Below are positions 26,384 through 35,516 of a stretch of DNA of 61,736 bases, piece after piece. The position numbers and the translations under genes are program-made. Numbering within the stretch: position 1 is the stretch's first letter; every line of letters begins with the position of its first letter. The DNA comes from an uncultured bacterium (GTDB lineage: Bacteria; Patescibacteriota; Minisyncoccia; Phycocordibacterales; PALSA-1337): assembly GCA_903905325.1 (NCBI GenBank), contig CAIVGA010000055.1, forward strand, positions 1 to 61,736, given 5' to 3'. The notes under the pieces are model-generated. The model saw nothing but the letters and a program-made list of their open reading frames with translations. It had not been told where the DNA came from and did no database searches.

Positions 26384-27511
26384 TTACCACAACGGCAAAA
26401 ATCCAAATAATCGAAGAAGAAAGGCAAGGACAATATCATACCAACGAAATTTTCTATCACCACTAGTAAACAAAGTGGAGTCCCGCTTCCATCTGGTAAT
26501 AATTATTGCCAAATCCTGAACCATATCGGGTTCCTTGAAAAAAACGCCGGCTTCAATATTCCAATCAAAAGAAATTAGATCTAAATTTGGCGAACCTATC
26601 ATTCCCTCTTTCTCATCAATCAAAAGTGCTTTGGCGTGATTCATTTCACCGTGAGAATAATAACACTTTGCACCAAGTCCAGTGAAAAAAGGCACATAAG
26701 ACTGATTGAGCCAGTTGGCATGAACATGATCTGTGTCATTCGGAAGAAGAATTTCAACTGCGACACCTCGCAGTATCGCCTTGTGAAGACTTGCTATGAG
26801 CCAACGTGGTGGAAAAAGATACGGTGTAACAAAAGTAATAGATCTTCTTGCACTATCTATACGATCTTTATAGTATTTTCTTAGCTGAAATTGCCTACGA
26901 CCAATTCCCTTTTCGACGAACCAAAGTTTGGCACGAGTAGCGAGAGGGGCTTTACTTGGATTTTTTCTAGTAGAATTCCTCAGGATCACGTCCTTACCGC
27001 CACATTCACGATAAATACGTGCATATGAGCGCATTATAGAGCGCACGACTTTTCCAGTAACGCGCACCTGCAAATCTTTCCATGAATGAAATGTGGACTT
27101 GATATTTACTCCACCTATGAAAGCAACTTCTTCATCAACTATAAGGATTTTACGATGCATACGGCGTAAAAAGAAACTATAGAAAAGCACTTCAACTCCA
27201 GCATCCTTAAGACGCGCAATTGCACCCTTACTCAAATCATAACTACCGATCATGTCTAGAATTACTATAACCTTTATTCCCCTTCGAGAGCTCGCTTCAA
27301 GTTCTGTCAGAAAATCATAACCATGAGTATCATCATGGAAAAAATACATCTCCATATATATGCTTTTTTGGGAACCCTTGATGGCAGAGAGCATACCATC
27401 CCAGGCTTTTGCTGATGTAGTAAAAATCCGGTACTTCACAATATAAGTGTAACAAAAAACACCTTTTCTCGCTTTAAGAAAAAGTGTTCTTTGTTTAGAT
27501 AAAATTTGCAA
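26384..27511 (-). CDS. Phospholipase D-family protein, cardiolipin-synthase-like (two HKD motifs)
   Basis: HRKILIVDEEVAFIGGVN and HAKALLIDEKEGMIGSPNLD, with a C-terminal hydrophobic tail. The start codon abuts the SWIB stop. Confidence 0.8.
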   Translation of the reverse strand: MQILSKQRTLFLKARKGVFCYTYIVKYRIFTTSAKAWDGMLSAIKGSQKSIYMEMYFFHDDTHGYDFLTELEASSRRGIKVIVILDMIGSYDLSKGAIARLKDAGVEVLFYSFFLRRMHRKILIVDEEVAFIGGVNIKSTFHSWKDLQVRVTGKVVRSIMRSYARIYRECGGKDVILRNSTRKNPSKAPLATRAKLWFVEKGIGRRQFQLRKYYKDRIDSARRSITFVTPYLFPPRWLIASLHKAILRGVAVEILLPNDTDHVHANWLNQSYVPFFTGLGAKCYYSHGEMNHAKALLIDEKEGMIGSPNLDLISFDWNIEAGVFFKEPDMVQDLAIIITRWKRDSTLFTSGDRKFRWYDIVLAFLLRLFGFLPLW

Positions 27512-27772
27512 TTATGAGAGGTGTGCTGAAACAAGCTTTGTCATTTCAAACATATTTACAACTGCCTTTCCTGCGAAGACTTTCTTGAGATTTGCGTCGG
27601 CGTTGATGTTACGCTTGTTCTTTGGATCTTGGAGGTTTGCTTTCTTGATATAAACCCAGAGAGCCTTAACGACCTCTGAACGTGGCATAGGACCCTTGCC
27701 TACAACTGCAGCCAATTCTGGGCTGATGTTCATAGGCTTCATAAATGCGGAGTTTGCTTTTGCTGGTGCCAT
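27512..27772 (-). CDS. SWIB/MDM2-domain protein
   Basis: NSAFMKPMNISPELAAVVGKGPMPRSEVVKALWVYIKKANLQDPKNKRNINADANLKKVF...MFEMTKLVSAHL is near-colinear with stand-alone chlamydial SWIB proteins as I remember them. Confidence 0.85.
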   Translation of the reverse strand: MAPAKANSAFMKPMNISPELAAVVGKGPMPRSEVVKALWVYIKKANLQDPKNKRNINADANLKKVFAGKAVVNMFEMTKLVSAHLS

Positions 27773-27922
27773 AAAATTATTATTTTTATGTTAATTGTTA
27801 ATAACCCCATAATGGTAGCATACTAAGGGCAAAGCTGGCTACTAGGGGGATTTTGGGAAAATGGGCTACTTTAGTATATCAAAACAGAAACAATTTGCTG
27901 ACCACATGAAACTAAGGTGAAC

Positions 27923-28480
27923 CTATTTAAATAATCCTGATATTAATTCAAACATCTTTGTATAACCATCATTGTTGGGATGAATACCATCTTCCAGATC
28001 TTTAGTTAAATCTAAACATCCTCGCATTTGAACAAATTCTAGACCTCGTTTTGATGCAAGTCCTCTAAGCAAATCGTCATACTTATAGATTTCATTATTC
28101 AAAAACTTGCTATCAAATTTACTCGTTATCATTTCATCTACTTCAGTTAGACCAATGATAATTACTCGTTTTGCTCTTGTGATAGCCAACTCTACCAACT
28201 TATCCATATTCTCCTCGAAACTAACAAGAGCTACTTTATTAGCTTTACTTCCATGTGGATATTTAGAATCATTCACCCCCACCGCAAAAATTATTGTTTT
28301 AGGATTAATAGCACCGGACTCAACACCAAACCTCTTCAATATATCTTTTGAGGTATCACCGCAAATTCCTCGATTATATACCTCAACTTCAGTAGATGCT
28401 AAGAATTTGCGTAAAAGACCAACCCAACCTTCGCTTGGGCCTCCGTACGTAATACTATCTCCCCAAATTCCCATCTTCAT
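27923..28480 (-). CDS. SGNH/GDSL-family hydrolase
   Basis: Block I IWGDSITYGG, block III GVNDS, block V DGIHPNNDGY. Confidence 0.8.
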   Translation of the reverse strand: MKMGIWGDSITYGGPSEGWVGLLRKFLASTEVEVYNRGICGDTSKDILKRFGVESGAINPKTIIFAVGVNDSKYPHGSKANKVALVSFEENMDKLVELAITRAKRVIIIGLTEVDEMITSKFDSKFLNNEIYKYDDLLRGLASKRGLEFVQMRGCLDLTKDLEDGIHPNNDGYTKMFELISGLFK

Positions 28481-28525
28481 ATAGATTGATTATAACAAAT
28501 TTACTAACCAGAGGTTCTGCAGTTC

Positions 28526-29056
28526 TCAATTCTTTAGGAACTCTGCTCTGGTCTTGGAACGAAGAAGAAACCATATAAGGATAATCTCAAAAATGATGAT
28601 TGTGAAAAAGAAGATGATACTTGAAGTATCTTTCATCACTAGTTGCTTAAGATATATATTATTGAAAGCCATGATCAGAAGAAAGACTCTTAAGATAATG
28701 TCTAGTAAAAACACCGTTATAGTAAATTTTCTAGCGCTGTTTTTCAATCTCAGGATTAGGACGCCACCAATAAGACTGCAGATAGGAATGAGGACAGACA
28801 AGAGTGTCGCTATCTGAATAGCAATAACAGCAACGGGAGAGGCGCCAGTGGCTTGTAAAAGCATGGCTCCTCCAGCTGGACCTCTCTCATTCATTATTCT
28901 TTCAACTAATGTAGGATTAAAAATAGAGATTAAGATGGAAGCGACAATAGGATATATAAGTACATATGCAGGATAAAGGATAAGAATCCAACCAGCCAGC
29001 ATTACTCCAAGAGAACGTTTTTTGTCGATAAGATTAGTTTGTGATTCGGGTTGCAT
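28526..29056 (-). CDS. Integral membrane protein, unknown function (about 4-5 TM)
   Basis: 176-aa hydrophobic ORF in an AT-rich stretch, with no motif. Confidence 0.5.
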   Translation of the reverse strand: MQPESQTNLIDKKRSLGVMLAGWILILYPAYVLIYPIVASILISIFNPTLVERIMNERGPAGGAMLLQATGASPVAVIAIQIATLLSVLIPICSLIGGVLILRLKNSARKFTITVFLLDIILRVFLLIMAFNNIYLKQLVMKDTSSIIFFFTIIIFEIILIWFLLRSKTRAEFLKN

Positions 29057-29210
29057 AGAATATATTTTTAATAATTATATTGTAATAGTAGCTTACATAC
29101 AGCGCTTTGGGTAGCGACTAGTATTCGAATCCCTCACCCATCACTTTTTTCGCGTGTTGTAGTTTTGGCTAAGAATAAGGGTAATCGAGTCATCCGATAC
29201 TAAAAACTGT

Positions 29211-29300
29211 TGGCGGAGGGTAAGAGATTTGAACTCTTGAAGAGGTTTCCCCCTTACCACCTTTCCAAGGTGGCGCACTAGACCGCTATGCGAACCCTCC
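29211..29300 (-). tRNA. tRNA-Ser (anticodon GGA) with long variable arm and encoded CCA
   Basis: Reverse complement GGAGGGTTCGCATAGCGGTCTAGTGCGCCACCTTGGAAAGGTGGTAAGGGGGAAACCTCTTCAAGAGTTCAAATCTCTTACCCTCCGCCA. Length 90 nt. Confidence 0.9.
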
Positions 29301-29364
29301 TTAAACTTCATTCAGCGCACAATTTCAACTCAAGACTCGACTTCAGTAGATTAACAGAAATCGT

Positions 29365-30153
29365 CTACACATGCACCTCAGAAATATTGTGTTTCAAAAT
29401 ACTATCGATATATTCCACCAAATTAAACATTGACTGCATATCAGATTTTGTAGAAACAACTTTCGGTACGTATATATAAAGTCTATTATTATTAAATTCA
29501 AAATTCAAATTGCGAGCTTTATCAATCAAATCAACCATAACATCTGGTGATAGAATCTGGTAAGCCTCAACTTCAAAACCTTTAGGAGCTCTAACTTTAA
29601 AATACTTATTAAAATCACCCTCCAACTTCAAAACATCTTCATCATTGAAGCAATCGTCTAGAAACTGGATCTGGGATTCGGAACTCACCAATAGGTCTGG
29701 CATTGAACTATCAAAAGTTGCCTCAAATACTGTGTTGTTTATGGTTTGGGAACTTTTACCACTACCAATAATAAATTGATAGCAAAAAATACGCACATGA
29801 ATATTTTGATACATACCAGTCAAAACATCTGAGATTGATCGGTCACGACCAATGCTGAATAATTTTCCCTGAACTGAATCAACATCAATACTATCTGTAA
29901 AGGTAAAACCGATAGAAGCGCCAAATTGCTTAAAAAACTCCTTCTTCATTTTATTATAAACCGCCGAATATCCAAAGGTTATACCTATAACCAATGCAAA
30001 AAATATAAAGTGAATAATTTTAGGAAATAGAATTGCAGCAAAAATTGCTACTGCAAATATAATTATTATGAGAAGCGCCCCGTGTCGCCAAATATACTTC
30101 CACGAACTATTATCGATATTTTCAACATTTTGGTCCATGTTATTTAATAGCAC
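29365..30153 (-). CDS. Two-TM membrane protein, DUF3137-like (frequent LemA neighbour)
   Basis: Two N-terminal TM segments then a soluble domain. Overlaps the htpX stop by 14 nt. The family assignment is from memory of LemA neighbourhoods and is not verified. Confidence 0.45.
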   Translation of the reverse strand: MLLNNMDQNVENIDNSSWKYIWRHGALLIIIIFAVAIFAAILFPKIIHFIFFALVIGITFGYSAVYNKMKKEFFKQFGASIGFTFTDSIDVDSVQGKLFSIGRDRSISDVLTGMYQNIHVRIFCYQFIIGSGKSSQTINNTVFEATFDSSMPDLLVSSESQIQFLDDCFNDEDVLKLEGDFNKYFKVRAPKGFEVEAYQILSPDVMVDLIDKARNLNFEFNNNRLYIYVPKVVSTKSDMQSMFNLVEYIDSILKHNISEVHV

Positions 30154-31084
30154 CTACACGGTTCTCACCCATCCCTCTCAAAATCGCAATTCTTTCTTCT
30201 GTTGGAGGATGTGTCATGAAAAGTTTAGCAATTCCCTTCACGGCTCCGGCACCGAATGGGTTTGAAATGTAAAGATGTGCTGTGGCATTATTGGCGGTGG
30301 CCATTGGGCGTCCATAAGCAGAAATTTTCTCCAGAGCAGAAGCCAAACCTTCTGGATAACGCGTAAGTAGTGCACCGTCTGTATCTGCGAGAAATTCACG
30401 CTTACGAGAAATGGCGAGCTGGATCAATTGAGCGATGATAGGTGACAAAATTACAAAAATAATTCCGACTACAGCGATAATGGCACCAGCTTCGCCTTCC
30501 CCATTATTATTTCCTCTTCCACGACCTCTGCCACCACCGAGCCACATACTACGAGTAAAAATGTTAGCCATGATAGCAATAAATCCAACCAGTACAACAA
30601 CAACTGTCTGCAAAAGTGTATCGCGATTGCCGATATGAGAAAGCTCGTGAGCCAAAACTCCAGAAAGCTCGTTTTTGTCCATCATACCTAGAAGTCCACT
30701 CGTCACGGCCACTGCCGCATGATTTTTGTCACGACCTGTAGCAAAAGCGTTTGGTGCTGGATCATTGATGATATAAAGTCTCGGCATCGGCAAACCAGCG
30801 GTGATAGATAAATTTTCCACCACGCGAAAAAGCTCCGCCTGTGTTGGGCTTGCATCACGATCAGCTGGTACAGCATGCGCCATAGAAAGAGAAATTTTGT
30901 CAGAATACCAATAGCTAGCAACATTCATTACCAAAGCAAAAATCACAGCGATCACAAGAATAAGCGGATTCCCATAATAGTAACTAATGAAATATCCAAC
31001 AGCCACGACTATGACCAAAAACATGGCCATAAGAAACCATGTTCGGCGAACATTTTTACCTTGTTGAGTATAGAGGGTAGACAT
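30140..31084 (-). CDS. htpX: M48-family zinc metalloprotease HtpX
   Basis: HELSHIGNRD (HExxH) and a downstream EFLAD glutamate. Four TM segments, with a Gly/Arg-rich insert. Confidence 0.88.
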   Translation of the reverse strand: MSTLYTQQGKNVRRTWFLMAMFLVIVVAVGYFISYYYGNPLILVIAVIFALVMNVASYWYSDKISLSMAHAVPADRDASPTQAELFRVVENLSITAGLPMPRLYIINDPAPNAFATGRDKNHAAVAVTSGLLGMMDKNELSGVLAHELSHIGNRDTLLQTVVVVLVGFIAIMANIFTRSMWLGGGRGRGRGNNNGEGEAGAIIAVVGIIFVILSPIIAQLIQLAISRKREFLADTDGALLTRYPEGLASALEKISAYGRPMATANNATAHLYISNPFGAGAVKGIAKLFMTHPPTEERIAILRGMGENRVGAIK

Positions 31085-31106
31085 ATAAGGCGCCTCGCGC
31101 GCTCAG

Positions 31107-31661
31107 TTAAAACTTCACTTCAACTGGATTTTTTGCGGCAGCATCAGCAGCGTCAAGCTGGAAGAATTCCATTGCAGAAAAATGGAAACTGCTTGCAATA
31201 ATATTTCCCGGAAATACTTGGATAGATGTGTTGAGATCACGAACATTACCATTGTAGAAACGACGAGCGGCTTGAATCTTGTCTTCTGTATCGGTGAGCT
31301 CAGTCTGAAGTGCAAGGAAGTTCTGGTTGGCTTTGAGGTCTGGATAGGCTTCGGCGATAGCAAATACTGATTTCAAGGCACCTGCCAAAGTGGCTTCGGC
31401 TTGACCCTTATCTGTCAAATTGCCAGCACCCATAGCAGCCGCACGAGCCCGAGTAACACTTTCGAAAGCCTCTGTTTCGTGAGTAGCATAACCCTTTACT
31501 GTATTTACAAGGTTTGGGATGAGATCATAACGACGCTTGAGTTGAACATCGATATCTGCCCATGCTTCCTGTGCGCGGTTCTTCATCGTGACAAGACGGT
31601 TGTAAGCAAATACAGCCCAGAGAACCAATACGATGACGACTATGATAAGAATGGTAAACAT
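31107..31661 (-). CDS. lemA: LemA family protein
   Basis: YNRLV..KNRAQEAWADIDVQLKRRYDLIPNLV..AYPDLKANQNF..LQ.EL..TE.KI..AR..YN, with an N-terminal TM. Confidence 0.9.
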   Translation of the reverse strand: MFTILIIVVIVLVLWAVFAYNRLVTMKNRAQEAWADIDVQLKRRYDLIPNLVNTVKGYATHETEAFESVTRARAAAMGAGNLTDKGQAEATLAGALKSVFAIAEAYPDLKANQNFLALQTELTDTEDKIQAARRFYNGNVRDLNTSIQVFPGNIIASSFHFSAMEFFQLDAADAAAKNPVEVKF

Positions 31662-31687
31662 ATTATTTATATTAATTAATTTATTAA

Positions 31688-32380
31688 TTACTTGCTTGGA
31701 GAAACCGATGTTTCATCTTGTCCTTGAGCACTTGCAACGAATGTAAACGATTTGACCATGTCAGTAAAAGCACTATCGGTAGCAGAATTTATAGCTTTAT
31801 TATTATTCTGAGCTACAGTAACGTTGGAACCAGTGAGACCTTTTGTTGTTGGGTTGAGGGCAATAGATGCGAGCGAGAACATGTAACATACGTCACCCTG
31901 TTGAAGTGAGTACATGCGATTGAAATAAGCTCGTCCTTGTACGGTGTTAGACATAGAAATCATATTGAGCGAATTACTTCCAAATTTGACAGTACTGCGA
32001 TCTTTGATAGTCGTAACAGGAGGAAAGGCACATTCACCACTCAAAACTTGCACAGATACCTGAAGTGTAGCAACTGTCGATGTTTGTGCTGGATCAACCG
32101 GGACTATGAATGTTACGCCAGCATTTCCTTCTTCTTTTTCCCAATCACTAGGATATTTCAAAGCAAAACCGAGTTCAGCATTGTGATATTCAGAAAGTGA
32201 GTTAGAGACTTTGGTTGTTTCGGAAACAGCGACCGGAGTAGTAGATGTTGCTCCTGTATCACCAACAACTGTCATATCAGATGTTGTAACTGATGAACGG
32301 CCAGACATGACAATTATAATAATAACCACTATAGCAACTACAATAAGAATACCTGTGACAATTTTAGATGATTTATTCAT
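31688..32380 (-). CDS. Membrane-anchored exported protein, unknown function
   Basis: N-terminal TM, Thr/Ser-rich linker, then a globular domain (..GFALKYPSDWEKEE..). Confidence 0.55.
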   Translation of the reverse strand: MNKSSKIVTGILIVVAIVVIIIIVMSGRSSVTTSDMTVVGDTGATSTTPVAVSETTKVSNSLSEYHNAELGFALKYPSDWEKEEGNAGVTFIVPVDPAQTSTVATLQVSVQVLSGECAFPPVTTIKDRSTVKFGSNSLNMISMSNTVQGRAYFNRMYSLQQGDVCYMFSLASIALNPTTKGLTGSNVTVAQNNNKAINSATDSAFTDMVKSFTFVASAQGQDETSVSPSK

Positions 32381-32407
32381 ATAAATTTATGTATGTTAAT
32401 GAAGGCA

Positions 32408-33124
32408 TTATAACACGGATTTGAAACTTGTCACGATTGAATCGAAGACAGAGACGGCTTGAGAATAATCAGCGGAGTGCTGAGAATCGTACTTCTGTAT
32501 AAGTACCGGATCGTCTACATATAATCCTGCACCATTCGAACCATGGTCAAAGAAACTAAATGAGTAGCATTGGTTATTAACTTCCGTGGTGTACAAGATT
32601 TCGTGATACAGATTGCCAGCTGCAACATCATTACCATGGATGGCTGTAAAAGAATATCCATTTGAAGAGAACGTTGTTGTGGCGGTCGATGGGTTTTGGG
32701 GAACCATCGGATCTGCACAAGAAGAACTTACGGTAATCGTTATGCGAACGTCATCTTGGAGTGGCCAATGAAAATAGTTTTCTTTAGGAAAAGCTAAAAC
32801 GATAATCGTGGAACTTGCGTCAGAATTATTACTAACTATCAAGTTAGGGGGATAAGAAATATTAAATTGAGTGGAGGGTTGGCCAAAATTGTGACTTCCC
32901 CATGAAGTTGGAACTGTGGTGGTCGAAGTTGGAATAAGATTTTCTAATTCATTCTGACCACCATTATTAGCTGAGTTAGCTGAGGAAGTCGCTAGTTGTT
33001 CAGATATAGTTTGTGATACCTGCTCATTTTGTCTCTTGGTATTCACCAAAGATCTGATGCCAAAATATAAGCCGGCTACGATCAGCGTGAGAATTATGAT
33101 TATTAGAATAAAGCGTCTTAGCAT
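32408..33124 (-). CDS. Membrane-anchored exported protein, unknown function (architecture parallels 31688..32380)
   Basis: N-terminal TM, low-complexity linker, globular domain (..FNISYPPNL..). First gene of a five-gene minus-strand operon. Confidence 0.55.
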   Translation of the reverse strand: MLRRFILIIIILTLIVAGLYFGIRSLVNTKRQNEQVSQTISEQLATSSANSANNGGQNELENLIPTSTTTVPTSWGSHNFGQPSTQFNISYPPNLIVSNNSDASSTIIVLAFPKENYFHWPLQDDVRITITVSSSCADPMVPQNPSTATTTFSSNGYSFTAIHGNDVAAGNLYHEILYTTEVNNQCYSFSFFDHGSNGAGLYVDDPVLIQKYDSQHSADYSQAVSVFDSIVTSFKSVL

Positions 33125-33268
33125 AAATATGGAGAATAGAAAGCGGGTTGTATTATAACACTTAATACTATTGAGTAGTCACCGTTTGGTGCAGAAAGAC
33201 GAAATTGGTATCATGTGCGGTTTGAAATCTTTATTTTAATTTACTTCTCTGGTGGCATACATACTCCC

Positions 33269-33364
33269 AAAACATTGAGGTCGCAAACATCAAAAAGTAA
33301 AAATTGTCTCTATATTTTAAGCCATAAAAATGGGTTGCCAAAAGTTCTGCGACCTCAATGATTT
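33269..33364 (-). repeat. 96-bp inverted-repeat element, copy 1 (element orientation = minus strand)
   Basis: Arms CATTGAGGTCGCA (33273-33285) and TGCGACCTCAATG (33348-33360) form a perfect 13 bp. The spacer is 62 nt. The core TATATTTTAAGCCAT at 33311-33325 is the reverse complement of ATGGCTTAAAATATA. Confidence 0.9.
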
Positions 33365-33517
33365 GAGAAGTAGTGTCCCTACATAATCGCAAGAAAAATT
33401 TTTTTGTCCATATCTTCGATTGAACATTAGCCCACGAACCAAAATAAGAAAACAACAGTCGTACAAACTGTTGTAAACTTGCACCCAAACACCCATCATG
33501 CTAGTATACAAACCTAC

Positions 33518-33739
33518 ATGAAGCACTTTCTCCCTTATATCCAGATTATTCTGTCTGTCTGTATGGTCGTCCTCATCCTGATCCAGCAAACTGGAGCTCA
33601 GGTTGGTGGCGCATTCGGCGGAAACGATAATATGAGTTCTGCTTTCCACACACGCCGTGGTCTCGAGAAAGGACTTTTTATAGCAACTGTCATAATCGCC
33701 GTACTTTTTGCCTTATCAGCTTTACTCAATCTTATTTAA
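33518..33739 (+). CDS. secG: Preprotein translocase subunit SecG
   Basis: MKHFLPYIQIILSVCMVVLILIQQTGAQVGGAFGG....RRGLEK.LF..T.I.A.LF. The start is set at the internal Met. Confidence 0.8.
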   Translation: MKHFLPYIQIILSVCMVVLILIQQTGAQVGGAFGGNDNMSSAFHTRRGLEKGLFIATVIIAVLFALSALLNLI

Positions 33740-33754
33740 GTCTATATAAATTAC

Positions 33755-35488
33755 GTGGCCGACAATACTCGTGAGTTCCGCTTCAAGCGCGGTAAAGTTA
33801 TATTAGGATATATTCATAAATTTTCTTCAACAGAAAAGTTTATTTTTGGTATTCTTATCATAGCCGCTCTTATATCGACGATCGGCATGGTTACAAATAT
33901 TAACAATCACTTCCTCGTTGAAATACCTGCGCACGGCGGTGAACTTCGCGAAGGTCTAATCGGATTACCAAGAACAATAAACCCAGTTATTGCTGTCACT
34001 GATGTTGATAACGATATATCCGCTATCGTGTATTCAGGATTAATGAAATACAACAATGGCGCATTACTACCAGATATTGCAAAATCATACACAGTTTCAT
34101 CTGATGGTCTGACTTATGATTTTATATTGCGTGATAATGTTCGTTTTCAAGACAATACAACACTTACCGCAGATGATGTTGCGTTCACAGTACAAAAAGT
34201 CCAAGATCCAGGTATAAAAAGCCCACATCGTGCTGATTGGTCACAAATAACAGTGAAAGTTATTTCACCTTATGAAATCCAATTCCTTTTGAAACAACCT
34301 TATAGTCCATTTCTTTCAAATACAACACTCGGCATCATTCCAAAGCATATCTGGAACAATGTGACGACAGACCAATTTATATTTAGTGAATTCAATATAC
34401 AACCCATCGGATCTGGTCCTTACAAAACTGGTTCACTAAGCCGAGATTCTGGTGGCATACCAACGAAATATTCTTTTGATTCGTGGAATGGATATTACTT
34501 TACGCACCCATACATAAAAACAATCACCTTCAATTTTTTTACAAATGAAGAGAACGCTCTGTCTGCATTAGATAGTGGAAACATAGACAGTCTTCCCTCT
34601 CTTTCTACGGCGCCGGCTGCAAAATTGGCAACGGATTCTGCTCAATCTTACACTATAGTTTCTGCACCATTACCAAGAATATTTGGTGTCTTTTTCAACC
34701 AAAATCGCAACGCTGTGCTCGGTGACAAAATTGTTCGTCAAGCACTGGATATGTCTATAGATAGAAGCGTTCTGGTAAAAACTGTACTCAATGGTTATGG
34801 AATTCCTATTCATAGTCCACTTCCATCAAATTCAAATGTGGCATCAGGACAAAATTCTGCCGACATAGCCGGAGCACAAGCATTGTTAGAAAAAAATGGC
34901 TGGAAAAAAGGATCTAATGGTATATATGCAAAGAAATCTGGGAAAAACGCCTCTACTACTCTTGCTTTTGAACTATATACTTCAGATACTCCTGATTTAA
35001 AACAAACTTCTGATCTTATAGAAAAATCATGGTCAGATCTCGGTGCACAAGTCACGGTTAAAGTATTCGAATCTGGAGATTTGTACCAAAATGTCATACG
35101 CACAAGATCTTATGATGCACTACTGTTCGGTGAACAAATTGGTAAGGATCGAGATTTGTATGCTTTCTGGCATTCATCACAAAGAAATTCTCCAGGATTA
35201 AATGTTGCGATGTATACCAATAGTAAAGTTGATAGTCTCCTAAATACCATACGAACAACGAATGATGAGTTGGTACGAAACGCTTCTTATACACAATTTG
35301 AACAAGCTATTCAAAATGATATTCCAGCAATCTTCTTATATTCACCATATTTCATTTATGCGGTACCAAAATCATTAAAAGGTACAGAGCTCAATTCTAT
35401 AAGTACGCCGGCAGATAGATGGGATTCATTAACAAATTGGTACATAGAAACAGAGAGAGTTTGGAAAATATTTGTAAATAATAAATAA
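33755..35488 (+). CDS. ABC transporter substrate-binding protein, family 5 (peptide/nickel type), TM-anchored
   Basis: 577 aa, GTG start. LREGLIGLPRTINP.., ..LTADDVAFT.., family-5 SBP layout. No permease or ATPase genes adjacent. Confidence 0.75.
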   Translation: MADNTREFRFKRGKVILGYIHKFSSTEKFIFGILIIAALISTIGMVTNINNHFLVEIPAHGGELREGLIGLPRTINPVIAVTDVDNDISAIVYSGLMKYNNGALLPDIAKSYTVSSDGLTYDFILRDNVRFQDNTTLTADDVAFTVQKVQDPGIKSPHRADWSQITVKVISPYEIQFLLKQPYSPFLSNTTLGIIPKHIWNNVTTDQFIFSEFNIQPIGSGPYKTGSLSRDSGGIPTKYSFDSWNGYYFTHPYIKTITFNFFTNEENALSALDSGNIDSLPSLSTAPAAKLATDSAQSYTIVSAPLPRIFGVFFNQNRNAVLGDKIVRQALDMSIDRSVLVKTVLNGYGIPIHSPLPSNSNVASGQNSADIAGAQALLEKNGWKKGSNGIYAKKSGKNASTTLAFELYTSDTPDLKQTSDLIEKSWSDLGAQVTVKVFESGDLYQNVIRTRSYDALLFGEQIGKDRDLYAFWHSSQRNSPGLNVAMYTNSKVDSLLNTIRTTNDELVRNASYTQFEQAIQNDIPAIFLYSPYFIYAVPKSLKGTELNSISTPADRWDSLTNWYIETERVWKIFVNNK

Positions 35489-35516
35489 TTAAAAAAGAAA
35501 AAATAAATATAATTGT

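Noticed and set aside
27840-27880. Short repeated GGCTACT motifs upstream of the SWIB gene
   Set aside because: There are only two 7-nt copies (GCTGGCTACTAGG / ATGGGCTACTTTAG) with no symmetry or phasing. This is within chance expectation.
29108-29150. tRNA-like or tmRNA-like 3' fragment (..GTATTCGAATCCCTCACCCATCA followed by TTTTTT) next to tRNA-Ser
   Set aside because: The sequences flanking TTCGAAT are not complementary, so there is no T-stem. No D-arm or anticodon arm can be built upstream. ATTCGAAT is simply a palindrome inside a hairpin (TGGGT..ACCCA). It is most likely an incidental hairpin in the promoter region of the 28526..29056 gene.
33269-33364. Invertible promoter (inverton / phase-variation switch) interpretation of the 96-bp IR element
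   Set aside because: The 62-bp segment between the arms is much shorter than known invertible segments. No invertase or recombinase gene is present in the window. Both copies are found in the ON-like orientation relative to the downstream gene. This cannot be excluded without read-level orientation analysis.
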